64,000 bases of DNA. It comes from Octopus sinensis. Its lineage: Eukaryota. Under the pieces are notes generated by a model. It was not told where the DNA came from and searched no databases. It saw only the letters and a list, made by a program, of their open reading frames with translations. Positions 23,382 through 36,845 of this stretch are shown piece after piece. The DNA lies in the NCBI RefSeq assembly GCF_006345805.1, contig NC_043005.1:97836001-97900000 (forward strand), in the 5' to 3' direction. The first letter of the stretch is position 1, and every line of letters starts with the position of its first letter. Position numbers and translations under genes: made by a program.

Positions 23382-24727
23382 TATACATACTTACACACAC
23401 TCACATGTACATATATGTATGTCAATGAATATGTAAATAATAAAATTCAAAGAGAAATATATGGTTTTCTAAATCAATATTTAATTCATTTCATTTTTCT
23501 TATATGTTCTTTATTTTTGCTTTCAGTTGCAAATAGAATTTCAAGCAGAGAAGATTTGATAATCAAAATATAATCACTAGAATTTGTGGCAGTGAGTGGT
23601 AGTGGTGATGGTGATGGTGATGGTGATGGTGGTGGTGGTGGTGTAAGTTAATACAGTGGAGTGCCATAAATATGGAAATATGTTTTGAGAATAAGGAAAA
23701 AATGTAACTCAGGTTCCTTCATTGGAAAGTGATTGACATTTTTTTGATATTTCCTTTATTTGTAGCAACACACTAACATTCTTGACATTTTTATTTATTT
23801 GTTTATTTTACCAATACATTAAAAGACAAACATATCTCACTTTTTTTTTTAACTAATGTATTAATCACATTTTAGAACTGCTCCCATTAATTTGTCCTGA
23901 CATACATTGATCATACTTGATGACTGCCTCGGTTAATTTTACTAACAAGTTTGTTACATTTTACTCTTCTGGTTATTTTATTAATACATTAATTATACAT
24001 GATGACTACTCTGGTTATTTTTTATAACACTAATTACATTTGATAACTGCTCTGGTTATTTTTAATAACTCACTAATCCCACTCGTTCACTGCTCTGATT
24101 ATTTTTAGTAATGCTACAAATGGCTACTTCCGGTTGAGGTGCATTATGGTAGATTCTAGTTGAAAGCTGGCAACCAGCCATTTGCAATAAATACAGACAT
24201 TTATACTTGTGCTTCTTAAATTGAAGTTGTATGTTTGAGCTGAATAAAATGATTGGTTTGGCACCCATTTTCTTGTTACAACAATAACAATAGAAAGATT
24301 CCTTCAACTACATCTGATACAAAAACATTATGTGCACAGTGTTTCTTAAATTTTCCTGTTAATTTCCAAAACTCAGCTGAACAGCAAAAATTCACTCTGC
24401 GTACCAAATTTATCTCACTTTCAGTCTTCAGCTGTATCACTGATTCTATTGACTACATTACTGTATAAATTATCTTTGATCATATCCCTATTAAATGTAA
24501 TCTTTGCAGATTTTAGTTACATTCATGATGACAATAACCAAGTGAATACTGGGAAACTTTTAGGAAATTCCTATACACCCTCTTCAGGCACAGATATTTC
24601 AAGTTGTAATTACCGATATATATAAAGAAAAATGCTTTAGAAATTCCTGTATTTCTAGGATTTCTTACTCATTGTAGTCCACAAAAACTCCCTGAGAATA
24701 ATTTACAGGATTTGGAACAGGCAATCA

Positions 24728-24957
24728 TTAACCCTTTTATTAGTGACCCGCCTGAAACCGGCTCTGGCTCTGTAGTACAAATGTCTTGTTTTCATAAGTT
24801 TTGAATTAAAATCTTCCACCAAACCTTTAGTCACAATTAATGTTCCTATCACCAGCTTAATGATAACTAAGTTATTTTACTAAATTCTTTGTTATATCTA
24901 AAAAAACTGAGAGAAACACAGAGCATCTCAAAATAAATACAGTAATGAAAGGGTTAA
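24728..24957. mobile_element. piggyBac-type MITE
   Basis: TTAA-CCCTT...AAGGG-TTAA termini, i.e. TTAA TSD and CCC/GGG ends. Confidence 0.75.
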
Positions 24958-25199
24958 AGCTTTTTCTCTTGAAGCTGCTAGAAAAAAAAAAGAAAAAGGT
25001 TACCAGTGACCATATTTAATAGAGATTCCTCGAGAATACCTCATTGAATTTGGAGCTGGTAATCACTAGAAACTTATTCTCTGGAATTTATTCAAAGAAA
25101 TGCAGAGAATTACCAGTGGTCCTACCTTCTAACAAGGAAGCTATTTTTGTGCTAGTTTCTGTTATGACTACTCTATTTGTATAACAAAGACTAAAACTT

Positions 25200-27250
25200 A
25201 CCCAAAAGTTTGATATTTTTCATAAAGATGTTGATCAAAAGAGTCACTACAGCAAAGGGATATCAAATAATCACATTTGAAACAGCCATTGTCAGTATAT
25301 ATACTGCCATCCAATGTGTTGGTGTTATACTCAGTTCAGGTGGTGCATTCAGTTTCATAGATGAGGTTGTTTGCAAGAGGCTCTCACTCCCAACATCTTG
25401 GTGCTGTCTTTGAATAGGATTGCCAACTCAATCTAATTTTTCATCTAAATTTCAAATTTCTTCTTGTGTGGATTTTTGCAATCAAAGGTGGATTAAAGTG
25501 TTTTATTTACTGTGTTTCTCTATAATTCTGGCACACCACTTCTTTGATTACCACAGCATTGTTGCATTGAATCTTGGAGGATCTTTAACAAAAATCTTAC
25601 TATTGGTTGTCTTGTTCTTACGTCAGTGACCTCTTCTCATATTTCTTCATATACAAAGACTTGAAACCAATTCCTATAAAATTTTGCTGCTTTTTTACTC
25701 TTCATGAAATATTTATTAAGAAAGTTTAAATAACTTCTTAATGATAATATTACTACACCTGCCGTCTCTCTGTGGTGAGTAATAAGAAATAATGGCTAAC
25801 ACTGTCTTGCTATCAACTAATGGTAAATTACTGCTTTCTGGATGTTTATGTACTTCCTGATATTGAAGATCATGTGAGTTCTATTTTCTTATAAATTCCA
25901 TTGGAAATTGATTCTGAAAGCAGCACATCATCAAATTCTACTCCAGAATGACACTAAGATATATTCTACATCTGAAGTTGATGGATACTTGTTTTAGCTT
26001 ATAAGGTTACCTTTTGTGTGACTTATGCTATTCGCAGTTTTCAAAGTGTGACAAATGGTATAGTTACTGACAATGCAATCAAAGAATTTCACGCCTTTGA
26101 CAATGTTATTGTCATTGGCAAAATCATTGAGGAACTCAATGAGAACTTGGCTAAATTTATTTCATTTTCTAAGAAACTCAACATTCCATTGAACAAAGGT
26201 AAATGTCTTCTCCCCCAAGCATGCATTTGTTACCTGGGATACAAAATAGAAATTAATTCTTTGCAACGTGACCTATAAAGTCTTAAACCTCTCATTTATT
26301 ACCTGGAACCAAACAATGTGGAACAACCACAAGGTTTGCTTATTAATTTAAATGTGTCTTCTTTCTTGGAACTAATTCAACCCTTGCTAAATCCTGCTTT
26401 TACACTGTAAAAGAGACAAATAGATGCTATTCATTTGCTTAGAGCTGCAATTGTTAATGGCTCTCTCTCACACCTGTATATTGAAACTGAGGTTTCTGCA
26501 ACTAAAATTGTGGGCGTTGCTCTCTTCTCAAAAATTCTTCATCACTCTGAATAAAATTTCTCATCATTTGAAAAGGAAGTTACAGCCACCAATAGAAAGT
26601 GTAAGAAAATAGAAAACATTTTAGCTTTCAGGCAATTTTATATAATACACTGATCAACAAGTGATCTCATTTATAGTTAATAACAAAAGAGGTGGAAAAA
26701 TGAATAAGATTCTTCATTGGTGCATGTGCATAGAATTATCACTCTTTAATTATGATATTCAACACACACCTAACAAAGAAATTCAGCTGCTGATACTCTA
26801 CCGGATGTTCTTCTATAACATCTCTTAGAATCACAGATTTACATAAACACTTGCATTGTTCTGAAATGACGTGATTATGGTACTCTGTCAGATCTAAGAA
26901 CTTAGCATTTTAAATTTAAAATATAATTTAAAAAAAAAAATGATAATGATCATACTAAGAATTAGAACCCTGTGGTTTTGATCCCCTTCATGCTAAACTT
27001 ATTAAGTGTATTTAACCATTGAAGTATGTCAGCATCAACTTCAAAGGTTCTCTACCTAGTCCGCTTTTGGATCTGAATGTTCAGATATGACAATGCCTAC
27101 AGTATTTCACTGCCATCAAAATATATTCTGCATATTTACTGCTCCAGCTTCAATTCACTCTGAATGAAGATTTATATTATGAGATGTTTCATTTTTGTGG
27201 CAATCATGTCATCTTACTGGGAGCAGTCATGTAGAAATCCTAAACAAATC
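25200..27250 (+). mobile_element. Highly degraded Ty3/Gypsy pol relic (protease, RT, RNase H, integrase start)
   Basis: Protease-like VILSSGGAFSFI; RT LDVYVLPDIED..LKAAHHQI, RLP(F)..AIRSFQ, LN..KC..CYLGY; RNase H FSKIL..SSFEKE..TDQQ..ELSLFNYDI; integrase-like SINFKGSLPS; all in Gypsy order. Interrupted by the TTAA MITE upstream. Confidence 0.75.
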
Positions 27251-27602
27251 TTCTTAGAGAGAACCATAATCTTATTTTTTTATTCAAGAAAGTTGCCATT
27301 AAACAAAGGCAGTGACATTTAAAAGGAATTACTTCATACAATTAAATTCCTCTTTCACACTGCAACCAACTTGATACCTCATTAAAGACTATTTAATTCC
27401 CAGCATTTCTTGTCAGCGTAACAAACTTTACTTGGATGGCTGTCTACATTCAGAGAAGTTTTGCTAAGACAGTTTAATCCAAACAGTAAATATGTGCCAA
27501 AGTGAATTATGTTAAAATAACTGATACTCATCATCATTAAGCTTGTATCATCTTTCTCAACAATCAAATTTATACCATTTAAACTGAAGGTATATCTGGA
27601 AG

Positions 27603-27832
27603 GTAGTGAGCTGGCAGAAACGTTAGCACGCTGGACGAAATGCGTAGCCATATTTCATCTGCCGTTACGTTCTGAGATCAAGTTCCGCCAAGGTCGATTT
27701 TGCCTTTCATCCTTTCGGGGTTGATTAAATAAGTACCAGTTACGCACTGGGGTCGATATAATCGACTTAATCCGTTTGTCTGTCCTTTTTTGTCCTTTCT
27801 GTGTTTAGCCCCTTGTGGGTAGTAAAGAAATC
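27603..27832 (+). mobile_element. SINE family C with 14-bp TSD
   Basis: gtgagctggcagaaacgttagcacg head; TSD ggtatatctggaag (27589-27602) and ggtatacctggaag (27833-27846). Confidence 0.85.
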
Positions 27833-28756
27833 GGTATACCTGGAAGTATAATCTGGAAGACCAAGTACCAGAGGAAACTGACAAGTAAATGCTACAATGT
27901 TGAATTGTTGGAAAAGCCAATGGAAGCGTGCTCTGGATCTACTAATGCATATTCTATCAGTGCTTGTCACAGTAATGTGCTGAAAAGTTGTGCCTAAATG
28001 ACATGTGATGGGGAGCAGTCCAGCATCACTCCAGTTATTGAAAATGAAACTCCAGCTTGCATTACTTGGAACAGATCAGTATCCCACTTAGGGAAAGATT
28101 TATTTCTCATCTATTTAACCCATTGACAATGGTTGATGCAAATATGCGATCACACTTTTGCTTGCCTACCCATGGTTAACATAAATATACGATGTAGAGC
28201 TGCCCTTCATCTATCACTGACTTTTTAGCGGCTGATGTGTGTTTATGTTTTCTATCGTGTACTTTATCTCTTGAGGTGCACGTGCTCACCATCCTGTGCA
28301 TTATCTTAGCTATTTCAGGTTATGTTCAAGTCATGAGACTAGCAGTAGACCAATGACATGCGGATACTTTACATGCATAATACTGTTTTGAGTTGCACCA
28401 CACGCAAGCTATTTTTTGAACTTGAGCAGAATTACTTGTGCATATCATATTATGATAAATAGCTTTACATAATTCGTTTTCATAAACCGGTAGACGTAAA
28501 TGTACGATGCTATGATATTGTAACGGTGAACGTAAATAGATGCGAGCTCGTTGGTGCTTGTGTGTTTGTAAGGCCTCATTAGATAAAAAAACTGGAGCAG
28601 TGTCTCACATTCTTCAGGTAATATCAGCGTCAAGGAGTTAATACAACTACAGACCAAAACTAAGCAATAAGCTTGAGTCTCTATGATTGAGCCAACATTA
28701 GCGTGAGATCTTTTGGGGACTTTTGCTCTAAAAAACTAAATTTTATTTCCAGATAC

Positions 28757-29070
28757 CTGATTTTTACCTCCGCCTTCGCTAAGGCGGTGGTATTATTTTC
28801 AGTCATGTTTGTTTGTTTGTTTGTTTGTCCATGGACAAGATATCTCAAGAACCACTGGATGGATTCAAATGAAACCATCAGGGATGCTTGGCCTCATGAC
28901 TGGCACGAACTGATTAGAATTGATCTGGTACCAGACAAGGATTCTGGATTATTTTTCTGGTTTTGTTACTTAATTTTTGTGAGCGGTCAGGTTCATCATT
29001 TTTAGTATTCTTGTTTGTGAGAGAAGTCGAGTTTGGTTGCTATCTCTTGCAGGTCTAATATCATGTGTAG
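28757..29070 (+). mobile_element. Helentron-associated (DINE-1/HINE-like) non-autonomous element
   Basis: T-run, then hairpin acctccgcc..ggcggtggt, then a (GTTT)n microsatellite and an atatctc..ggatggatt..atgaaac body; architecture typical of HINEs; 3' end unclear. Confidence 0.4.
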
Positions 29071-29735
29071 CACTGTTTGCTTACATTGACAACAGGAGTG
29101 ATGAGTATGATGGCAGTGATGTTGATGATGACAATGATGATGATAATGACAACGATGGTGGTGATGATGATAACAGTAATGATGGTGATGGTGATGATGA
29201 TGATGATGATGATGAAGACAACAATGATGATGATGATGATTCGTTCACTCCTCTTTGACATATTGGCATTAAAAGTTGGTAGAAATAAGAAATTTGAACA
29301 CTTCTCTCATAGTGCCAACTCAGAAACACACTCTAGACAAAAAAAATCACAACATGTAGTTCTACCATAATTCTAGTTGCATGCTGCAATAGCACATAAC
29401 TGGGCAATGAAGAATAAATAGTTAATAATAGACAGCTAAAAGATTTCAACAGAATATTTTTGAATTCCTCAAATTTGTGCCAATTCTTCAAATGTTTAGA
29501 AACTAGCTCCACTCAGCAGGTGTTGTGAATGTTTGAGATTTGTTTGTTTAGCAGAAAACAAACAACAAATTTATGTCAAGAAATGGTGAGAAGCAGGAAG
29601 ATGAATTGGATGCTAGAATTGCAGATGCTGGCACAGTAAGGCACCAGCTCCAGCATTTGATTTTCAGAAGATGAGGGGTCAGTAAAAAGAACTTAACTTC
29701 AGCTTGGGGTTTGTGCCTATCCTCCCTAATGGATA

Positions 29736-31321
29736 TTAACCTTTAGCATGCTGTAGGTGCATCATCTTCCCTGTAGCTGCCGGCGCATTGTGTTGCATTG
29801 AGAGGGGTGCTTAAAATAAACACTTTACAAAATTTATTTACTGTAATTTAAGCTGGAAACAGCCTACTTTTCATTCAGAACAAGGCGAAACTTTTGTTTT
29901 CTCCCACCATTTGGATTGTTTTTCTTTCAACATGCGGTACAGAATTTTTTCATTTGAACATAGCATTTTTTTTTATTCTCTTTGGACAAAAATACCTGCT
30001 CCTGCATTTGACAAAGCGTTTCTTGAAGAAATCTTCTTTGATTCAGACTCTGGAGATGATTTTGAGGAATTTACTCAAGCAGATTTTGATGGTGAATTGG
30101 TCAGAGGTAATGGTGAGAATGATGACAGTGGTGATAGTGATAGTGAGAATGATGTACTTTGTGAAAACTATCATCCATGGCTGATTGATTTTAAGGTAAG
30201 TACTGGGCTCCAAACAGGTACCTAGTGGCATTTCTGAGGGGGAACTCTTTCGTTTTTTCAAGAATAATAAAACAATAACTTTGTCAATGACACAAATATA
30301 TATGTTTGCCAAGCAAAGGCAAAAAGAGAGGGGCAAATGCTGGTTCCCACTCATACATCAACATGTAGAATCATGTCACTTTTGATGAAATGAAGGTATT
30401 TGTAACAATTTTGTTTCTGACTGGACTTGTTAAACTCTCATCATTTAATTTGCACTGGTTCACTGATTTTATTGAGATGTCAGGCTTCAGACACCCGAGC
30501 AACAGACAGGTTTCTTAGAAACCTGTCCTTTACCTATCTTTCAAACAACTTGACAGCAAACTGAGAAATCATCCTGAGCATGGTAGAGCACATAAGATCT
30601 GGTCACTTTTTGAAAAACTTGTGCCACTTAGGCAGAGATTCTTTCATCCTGGGAAAGAACTTAAAGTGGATAAAAGTATGATTCTTTTCAAAGGAAAAAA
30701 CAGGCCTACTGAACTACATACCAAGCAAAACCAACCAAGTGGGGCTTGAAAGACTAGGGGCTAGCTGACATGAAAACTGGCTGCATCCACAATAAGCAGA
30801 CTTGCTTGGGTTGAGAAACAGCCCAGGCACCAAGGGCACTTGGTATTGCACATAAAGTGGTTTCCCCTCTTTCAGAGAATGTCCAGAATAAGGAACATAT
30901 TATTTATATCGACAATTGTTTCTCTTTACCTGTATTATTTCATGACTTAGCCCAACATGGACAGAAGCATGTGCACACTACATGCAAACCACCGGAGCAT
31001 GCCAAATGAAATCAAAGCAGGAAGACCCCAAGCAGGCAAGCACCCCACTCTCATCACACTTAGAGATGGATACATTTTGCATATTTCCTGGTTTGACAAA
31101 AAGCCAGCAAATCTTCGAACAACTATCCACTCTGCTGAGACCTTCAGAAAAGAAGTTTAATTGAAACATCATGAAGTTCATACCAGGATTGTATACAACC
31201 CTTATGCTGGGCAATTCTACTCACTGCACATGGGGTGAGAGGTGGTGGGAGGTAGACAGAGCAAACAAACAGATGATATACTACCTGGTGCTGCAAAGCC
31301 TTGTGAGTGGATTTGATATGG

Positions 31322-31359
<38 letters not shown>

Positions 31360-31945
31360 CTATGCATGTGCCTTTGTGTTTGTATTTGTTCCCCCCCCAC
31401 TGCTTGATAATCAATATTGGTGTATCTACATCCTCATAACTTAGTGGCTTGACGAAAGAGACCGATAGAATAAGTACGTGGTTTATCAAGAAAAATTAAG
31501 TACTGGGGTCAAATTCATTCAATTGAGAATTCTTCAAGGTGGTGCCCCTGCATGGCCACAGATATGCCACGTGGTGGGAAAAGTTTTCTTTTATCTTTTT
31601 GAAATATCTTTCTGTAAGCCCTGGTCATTTGAAAGCCTAGTCAGCCTGTGGGGTCAATGCTGAAAAGTTCAGGCTGAGAATTGTGCATTCTCTACTGGAA
31701 GGCTACCAGTCAGGTGTGTCTCATAGGAGAGGTAGAAGGACAAAAGATCCTTCTACATACACTAGAAAAGTTGATATTAATAGAAAACCACCTTGTCATC
31801 AACTCCAGGTGCCTGAAATTGCCCAGATTGTGCTGTATGTGCAAACCAAGACAAGAAGTGCCACCAGACCCAGTTCATGTAGGGAAAGTGTGATGTGGCA
31901 CTCTGCCTATAGCCCTGATTCCAAAGGTACCACAGTCTGATGAAT
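29736..31945 (+). mobile_element. piggyBac transposon relic with broken transposase
   Basis: TTAACCTTTAG left end; acidic N-terminus (FDSDSGDDFEEF); VTFDEMKVF..FLTGLVK; PGKELKVDKSMILFKG; IYIDNCFS; C-terminal CAVC..CDVALCL.P.FQRYH cysteine-rich domain; SINE B inserted at about 31294-31560. Confidence 0.8.
31294..31560 (+). mobile_element. SINE family B, 3' part with internal (TA)/(TG)n
   Basis: aaagccttgtgagtggattt..gagaccgatagaataagtac..ggtgcccctgcatggccac. Confidence 0.75.
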
Positions 31946-32164
31946 TACAAGGTAAACTTCATCTCAGAACATCGACACTGATAAAAGTATGGCAACATAT
32001 TTGTGTTTTTTGCTTTTGTGTTTATCTTTAAATGTCAAAACATGCCTGCAGGACATAATGCATTGCATCAAAATATTCCTCATCCATTTCTTTATCAGTC
32101 TACAAAAGCTCAAGTTTGTACACACAACAGAAAGAACAGTCATAAAAATGTTTTAAACAGTATA

Positions 32165-32790
32165 GGTGCAGGTGTGGCTGTGTGGTAAGAAGCTTGTTTT
32201 CCAACCACATGGTTCCAGGTTCAGTCCCATTGTATGACAACTTGGGTAAGTGTTTTCTACTCTAGCCTTGGGCCGACTAAAGCCTTGTGAGTGGATTTGG
32301 TAGATGGAAACTGAAAGAAGCCCGTTGTATATATATATATATCATCATCATCATCATCATCATCGTTTAACGTCCGTTTTCCGTGCTAGCATGGGTTGGA
32401 CGGTTCGACCGGGGTCTGAGAAGGCAGGAGGCTGCACCAGGCTCCAGTCTGATCTGGCAGTGTTTCTACAGCTGGATGCCCTTCCTAACGCCAACCACTC
32501 CGTGAGTGTAGTGGGTGCTTTTTACGTGCCACTGGCACGAGTTCCAGGGAAGGCTAGCAGTGGCCACGATCGGTTGGTGTATGTGTCTTTGTACCTGTGT
32601 CTGTTCCCCCACACCACTCGACAACTGGTGTCGGTTTGTTTACATCCCTGTAGCTTAGCATTTCAGCATAAGAGGTTGATAAAATAAGTACTAGACTTTA
32701 AAAAAAAAATCCTGGGCTCAATTTGTGTGGTTAAAACCCTTCAAGGTGGTGCTCCAGCATGGCCACAGTCAAATCACTGAAACAAGAAAA
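32165..32790 (+). mobile_element. SINE family B with a nested family A insertion
   Basis: tRNA-like head tggctgtgtgg/ggttcagtccc; internal (TA)n interrupted at 32341-32578; 3' ggtgctccagcatggccacagtcaaat. Confidence 0.85.
32341..32578 (-). mobile_element. RTE 3' end (family A), nested in SINE B
   Basis: Near-consensus catcatcgtttaacgtccgttttccgtgctagcatggg. Confidence 0.9.
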
Positions 32791-32989
32791 AAAAAGAATA
32801 GTAGGTGATCATGTTTTTTGATCTTGAAAAACAAAAGCAAGAAAAAAAAACACAAAAAAAAAAAGCAAAAGCAGGGAAAAGAATTCTAGAGAAAATGGAG
32901 TGTCCCAAAGGTTGGGTAATGACCAAATGAATATGGTCACAAATTCAAATGGCCAAAACGGGGTTCCTCTGAAGGAGCTCTGGACTGAC

Positions 32990-33310
32990 ATTCCAAGACA
33001 GGATGTGTAGCATGGAGATCAGAATGTATCTCTTGGTCAAGCTGCTACTTCTCTGCATTGAGCGATCACAGTTCCAGTTCTACAGACATGTGGCTTGAGT
33101 GTCACAGGGAAGAGTCATTAGACGGATTCTTCAAGCCAAGTGAAACAGCAGGAGACCCAGGAGTAGCCCAAGAACAAGATGGTTAGATAATATCCATAGC
33201 GAGTGTCAATTAGTTGTGCTTTCAGAATCCAGCCAATAAGTCTAATGATGGTTGCTTCTGATAGGACCCTATGGAGGAGGCAACTGAGGACTATCCCCCC
33301 CATGACCTGG
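32990..33310 (+). mobile_element. RTE C-terminal fragment (degraded)
   Basis: LLLCIERSQ..Y.HV..RP.SSPRTRWLDNI motif string. Confidence 0.55.
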
Positions 33311-33692
33311 CTAGAAATTGTAGGTGGAAGAGATGGATGGATGGTTAGTGATTTGTTACCTTTGCATGCCATGTAGCTAAGAAACATCCTGATTGCAAGC
33401 ATGGATCTATGGTTAAGAAACTTGTTTTCCAGTCATGTGGCTCAAGGTTTTATCCTAGTGGCTAAGTCAAGGATCTTCGACTGGAACCTAATAATTTGGA
33501 AACTGTGTGAAAGCCCCATCATAAATGTGTGTGTGTGCGTGCAACTGTTTGTGTCTCACTGCTTAACCACCAGGGACTGGTTAGTTTGTTTATGTCCTTG
33601 AGACTTGGCAGTTCAGCAAAAAGACACAGATGAAATAAATACCAGATTGAAAAAAAAAAGTATTGTATGGTCAGTTTGATTTGATTAATGAA

Positions 33693-33887
33693 ATGGGTTG
33701 GAGGATTCGACCGGGGTCTGAGAAGCCAGGAGGCTGCACCAGGCTCCAGTCTGATCTGGCAGTGTTTCTACAGCTGGATGCCCTTCCTAACACCAACCAC
33801 TCCATGAGTATAGTGGGTGCTTTTTACATTCCACTGGCACGAGTGCCAGGGGAGGCTGGCAGTGGCCACGATCGGTTGGTGTATGTG
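33693..33887 (-). mobile_element. RTE 3' end (family A) lacking its tail, inside a degenerate B-like SINE (about 33400-33930)
   Basis: Close match to 32392-32584, including the 5' junction. Confidence 0.8.
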
Positions 33888-36183
33888 ATGCTCCAGAATG
33901 GCTGTAGCCAAATGACAGAAACAATTCAAGGAAAAAAAATATATAGTTGGAAAAAATCCAATATCTGTTTAGATAACATTTCCTGTAGAACTGTTGTTAC
34001 ATTATATACATTAGTTTAACAAATGTATCTATTTTTATCCTTTATCAAGATGCCTAGTTGATTGGAACCTAGTATTTCTTATACAAATTCATCTTTTAAA
34101 ACCTCTCTCTCTTTTCCCTCTGTCTCTTATCTCCTTGTTAGATTCATTAATTTCCAGTCATCTTAACCGTTACACTTGAACGAGCCTTTAGCTGTTGTGT
34201 TTATAAAGTTGCATCTTCCACTTATAATCAATTGCACACTTCACTAACTGCATCGCCATCTTCATCTGTTTCACCAATTGTCCTCTAATGGAAGATGACA
34301 ATGATGATGATGATGATGATGATGATGGGCAGGCAGGTTAGTTGGAGGGGAGAGGAGAGGAGATAAATATTTTCCATTTCTCTTGAGGGGTGGAAGAAGT
34401 GCTAAAGAACCCTTGACTGATTACTGAAAGCCTTATCAGATCAAATTGACATTGGTTACATTTTCTTCCTCTAAATCTTCTTCTTTCTTCACTTTCTCTT
34501 TCTTCTCTCACTTTACTCCTCTCTCTCTTCCTCTGTCTCCCACACACCCTCCTACCTCATATATTTGTGTCAACACCCTCAGAATTCGATCAATATGAAC
34601 ATTATATGATGCAACTCTAATATTCATATAAACCTCAAGTTTTTTTCCTTCTTTATGTTCAAATAAATATACTTTGAGCGATAATACTTTTCTGCAGTCA
34701 TACTTAACACCTGTATCCTACACCTCTCTCTCTCTCTTGCTCTCTCTCTCTCTCTCTCCCTCCCCCTCTCTCTCTCTCATTACGTATATTTCCATATATA
34801 ACCTATACTGAACTGTTTCAAAATTATTGCAACTCAATTTAAAAGCCGACACCTAGGTCTCTTGTGGAATAAATTTTCTCTCTCACTTTTTTTTGCTTTT
34901 TTTAGCTAAAGCCAGATATATTCTTTAATGCTTCGATAACTAAGGTAATAACAAATGACAGAACTCTTCTGTTAGTGTTCATTATTATATTCTTTGGTTT
35001 AGATTTGAAAAGCAATTTCTCAGACAACCAGCTGCTACTTTTTGATAAGATTAAACATATTTCTTTTATTTTTGGTGTTTTTTTAATGACTTTTGTATAT
35101 ATATATTTTTTGTTCATTCCTATAATAGAGCTTAAGTGGTTCCTCTCTTTTCTCTTTTTTTTTGTTCTTGTTCTTTTACTTTTTTAGCAGTTTTACCATT
35201 TTTTTTTGTAGTTTTTATTCCTTTTTTCTGCTAGCAGATTGGTATAATATGGATGTATTTCTTATTGTTTTCATCATATAACCGCCCTTCATCACCAGCA
35301 TCACCATCAATATCACCCTCCACTTCTTCCTCCTCCTTCTCATCACCATCATCACCACCATCAGTATTCTTCTCCTCCCTCACCTCATCACCTCTCGTTG
35401 TCATCATCATCATCATCGTTGTTGTTGTCATCATTGTCATCATTGTTGCTGTCGTCATTGTCATCGTCATCATTATCATCATCATCATCATAATCACCAG
35501 TATTCTTCTCTTCCTTCTCCCCCTCCTCATCAGTCAATCAATCAATCACTCATAATAATTAGTTGGTTAAATCAATAATAAAGTGTCAGTCTGCAGGTTA
35601 AAAGGTTGATCATTTGTTTCCTTATGTCAATGGCTCTACACCCTACACAAGACCAAATCATAACCCTAACCCGCTGTCCAAGAATTTGGACCTGGAGATC
35701 TTCATTTTCAGTGACTTTAAGGGCCACCTCCCAGTGGTGTCAGGCGTCAACGAAGAGCCCTCGACTACAACAAGACAACCAAAGTTGTTTTTTTTTCCAA
35801 GGTCTGGGGTCTCCCGCCCCTAAGCCCTAGACCATCATATAATCACCCTTACCCATCTTGTTGCTTAACAACAACAACAACAATAACCCTAACCCTAATC
35901 AACCCTTCCCAACCCACTCTATTTGGCTGCAAATATGCTCCCTACAGAAATATAGTTCATTGTAACAAGAAAGGGGATGTTTCATAATTAACATATATTA
36001 TTTTAATTACCTTGCAATGCTGAGATCAAGTCCTGAAGAAAATTTTGACAACCCGCTTTGGTATTTATGCAGAGTACAATCTACCATATTGGATTTGGCC
36101 CTGGGTTATGGTTATGGACTATATATGAAGGCTTGTGTTCAACAGCCCAACCCACATTAAGTAGGATCATATATATATAATAT

Positions 36184-36495
36184 CACCTTGATCACCGTGA
36201 CCGACCAGGCTATAAAATGTTGCTACACATCACTGGTCACAATGCGTTTTGCATTGTTTTAGCCTTCAAATGATGCCACTCCGCTGGCTAAGCAAGCAGG
36301 CCAACAGAAGAAAGAGTGAGAGAAAGATGTGGCGAAAGAGTACAGCAGGGATCGCCCCCCCCCCCTGTCGGAGCTTCGTGGAGCTTTTAGGTGTTTTTGC
36401 TCAATAAACACTCACAATGCCTGGTCTGGGAATCGAAACCGTGATCCTACAATCGCGAGTTCGCTGCTCTAACCACTGGGCCATTGCGCCTCCAC
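36184..36495 (-). mobile_element. tRNA-derived SINE (family D), well-preserved head
   Basis: ggcgcaatggcccagtggttagagcagcg..ggtttcgattcccagacc (A and B boxes), followed by a non-tRNA body. Confidence 0.85.
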
Positions 36496-36792
36496 TATAT
36501 ATAATATAGTGAGTTGAAAAAACTGATTTACTGAGATCATCCATGCATCTAGTAGAAGGATCCCCCCCCCCCCAAGGTAGGGGTGCTTGAAATCTAGAAA
36601 AAACAACAAACAAGGTGATTAGCTTCAATGAAGTTTTTCAAAATTGAATTCAGTGGCTGATAGTTGTGGATCTTGTCTTTAAAGGCATTTGAGGCAAAAA
36701 ATGGGCTGCAGTTTCAGTGCTGTTACATCTCCCCAGAAAAGTATATTCTATGCAGTATGACTTTGAAATGATCAAAATGTGTGTGTTGTGTG

Positions 36793-36845
<53 letters not shown>

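Noticed and set aside
28520-28642. Possible solo LTR (TGT...ACA) downstream of the Gypsy relic
   Set aside because: No matching second LTR, PBS, PPT or TSD could be identified.
35660-35900. Telomere-like CCCTAA motifs (also near 63717)
   Set aside because: Only one or two units each; too short to call interstitial telomeric sequence.
36420-36495. Possible tRNA gene (also heads at 6619, 7455, 8007, 32165, 41124, 47075)
   Set aside because: A and B boxes are present, but there is no complete cloverleaf or acceptor stem, and each continues into a shared SINE body.
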